This document shows, piece after piece, positions 62,132 to 64,000 of a stretch of 64,000 nucleotides of DNA. Positions within the stretch are counted from its first letter, which is position 1. Every line of letters starts with the position of its first letter. The notes beneath the pieces are model-generated. The model was not told the origin of the DNA. It did not search any database and worked only from the letters and a program-made list of their open reading frames with translations. Made by a program: the position numbers and the translations under genes. The DNA lies in contig CM097883.1 in NCBI GenBank assembly GCA_044892505.1, forward strand, positions 418,004,001 to 418,068,000. The letters run 5' to 3'. The DNA comes from Schmidtea nova (lineage: Eukaryota).

Positions 62132-62529
62132 CAGTGGTTCTTAACTTTTTTCCGCTACCAGCACCCCAAAATTTTTCTAAAAATATTTTAGCCACCCCTT
62201 ACCAAAAATTATTTAATTATATAAATTGAAAAACAAACATACTTAGTTTTATTATTTATTTATAGTAAATATTAATTCTTATCTAAAATATAAATTTATG
62301 GTTAATGACTTTTCTGTTCTTGCTTTTGCTCAACTATGCTTGAAAATTCGGGGAATTAGTGGATAAAAATAATTTTTCCTAAGAAAAATTAATAAAAATA
62401 ATTTTAGATTGTTATTTTACTGGATTCACTTAAATTCAGTGGTGAATTTGAAAAATTACAACTTCGCAGCCCAAGATATTCTCGCACGCACCCACAAAGG
62501 GTGCATGAAACATCGATTAATAACCACTA
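62132..62529. mobile_element. hAT-Charlie-type MITE (similar ones at about 15766-15950 and 23037-23405)
   Basis: Ends cagtggttcttaac / attaataaccacta resemble CAGTGGTTCTCAA-type TIRs. TSD is degenerate. Confidence 0.55.
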
Positions 62530-63355
62530 TTTTAGATATTTATTTCAGGAGTTTTCAGGAAATAATTAATGTCAAATTCATATTATTATTATTTTTTAAA
62601 TATTTATTTTAAATTTATTATTATTTTAATATTTATTTTATTATTATTTTTGGTACTTTCCGGTTAAAATAATAATAATAAAAAATNNNNNNNNNNNNNN
62701 NNNNNNNNNNNNNNNNNNNNNNNNNNNNNNNNNNNNNNNNNNNNNNNNNNNNNNNNNNNNNNNNNNNNNNNNNNNNNNNNNNNNNNNNNNNNNNNNNNNN
62801 NNNNNNNNNNNNNNNNNNNNNNNNNNNNNNNNNNNNNNNNNNNNNNNNNNNNNTGTATGTCGCCCGAAAATTTAAAATAAAAAAATGAATTTAAAATTAT
62901 AATTTAATAAATTATAATTTAATTATTATAATTTAATTATAATTTAATTATAATTATAATTTAATTATTAAATTATAATTTAATAATTTTAAAACTAACA
63001 ACATTCATTTTTTTATTTTAAATTATTTAAAATTTTCGGGCGACATACACTAGAGCGTCGCCAAAATAATAATAATAATAAATATAATAATGGTTTAAAA
63101 ATTGGTTTAAAAAGATTTTTCAAATTTTTTTGATGAGGTCGAGATAACAATAGGGTTAATCAAATATAAAATTATGCTTTTTTTAAAGAATTATGCTTTT
63201 GGTTGTAGTCAGCCTGTCACAAGAGTAAAAAATTCCTTTGTTTCAAAAAACTTGGTTAATAACAGTAAAGGATTAGTAAGAATATTTAATTTTTAAACCC
63301 GTTTACTGTGGAAATAATTTTCTTCATAGATTGCACTGTTTTGACAAAATAAAAC

Positions 63356-63398
<43 letters not shown>

Positions 63399-64000
63399 TC
63401 TTTCAAAAACGGGTTTAAGTCGAGATAAAATCCAAAAGGATTTATAAATCAGCCTAAAAATTCTGACTTGCTTCTATTTATTAATAAAGAGCAATTAATA
63501 ATAATTGAAATAAGAACATCCAAATTTTTACAATTAAAGAAAAGGTACTTTTATTTGAAAGAATTTCATGAGCAATTAAAATTTACATTACATGTGGAAA
63601 TTCAGACGTTTCATATTGGACAATGTAGCACAGAAAAAACCTCATTGCAGTTATTAAACGCATTTACCACTTCACTCAATGTCCATTAGGTAATACAATT
63701 TCATGAACGGAATATATTAGTATTAATAATAGATTTATATTAAATCAATAACAATATTAAATTCAAATATTAAATTATTATAATCAGTATTTTAAAATCA
63801 TATTTTTGAATGACATATTTAGTTATAAAAACATTCTTACAAAATTTAAAGGTTGGGAATTGCCAAATTTACTATTTTTCGAAAAATAGTATTCAAAAAG
63901 AACAATTAAAAAATATAATGGAAATAATAACATCTAACGATGTTAGATGTAAATATATAACACGTTCATTACCAAGATTTTTGAGAACAATTTAAAATTA

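Overview
AT-rich eukaryotic (animal) scaffold with N-gaps, many 46-62 nt GT-AG introns, and larger transposon-filled introns. The composition, intron style and mariner/hAT load suggest a flatworm such as a planarian; that is inference, not proven. Four host genes are recognisable. A 5'-partial PRRC2/BAT2(nocte)-like gene spans <1-34924 (+, 11 exons with compatible phases). A two-exon coiled-coil+MATH TRAF-like gene lies at 38957-39893 (-). eIF3j spans 43650-56775 (-, 7 exons). The last exon of a p24/TMED7-like gene is at 59888-60124 (-). Introns and intergenic DNA hold decayed mariner, Tc1, hAT, Merlin-like and rve-integrase elements, MITEs, a foldback family, a hairpin/(ATT)n satellite and an actin pseudogene fragment. 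The standout is a ~9.2-kb, strongly A-rich, single-stranded gene cassette inside the 12.2-kb intron 5 of eIF3j (about 46380-55553, antisense to the host gene). In order it encodes a chuvirus-type class III fusion glycoprotein, a retropepsin, ankyrin repeats, a membrane protein with repeated Cys-Trp ectodomain units, a small coiled-coil ORF, an intronless RING-zinc finger-coiled coil-MATH TRAF, and a long coiled-coil ORF. It looks like the decayed 3' part of a giant enveloped LTR retroelement or endogenous virus carrying immune-signalling cargo. No RT, RNase H, integrase or paired LTRs are visible in the window.
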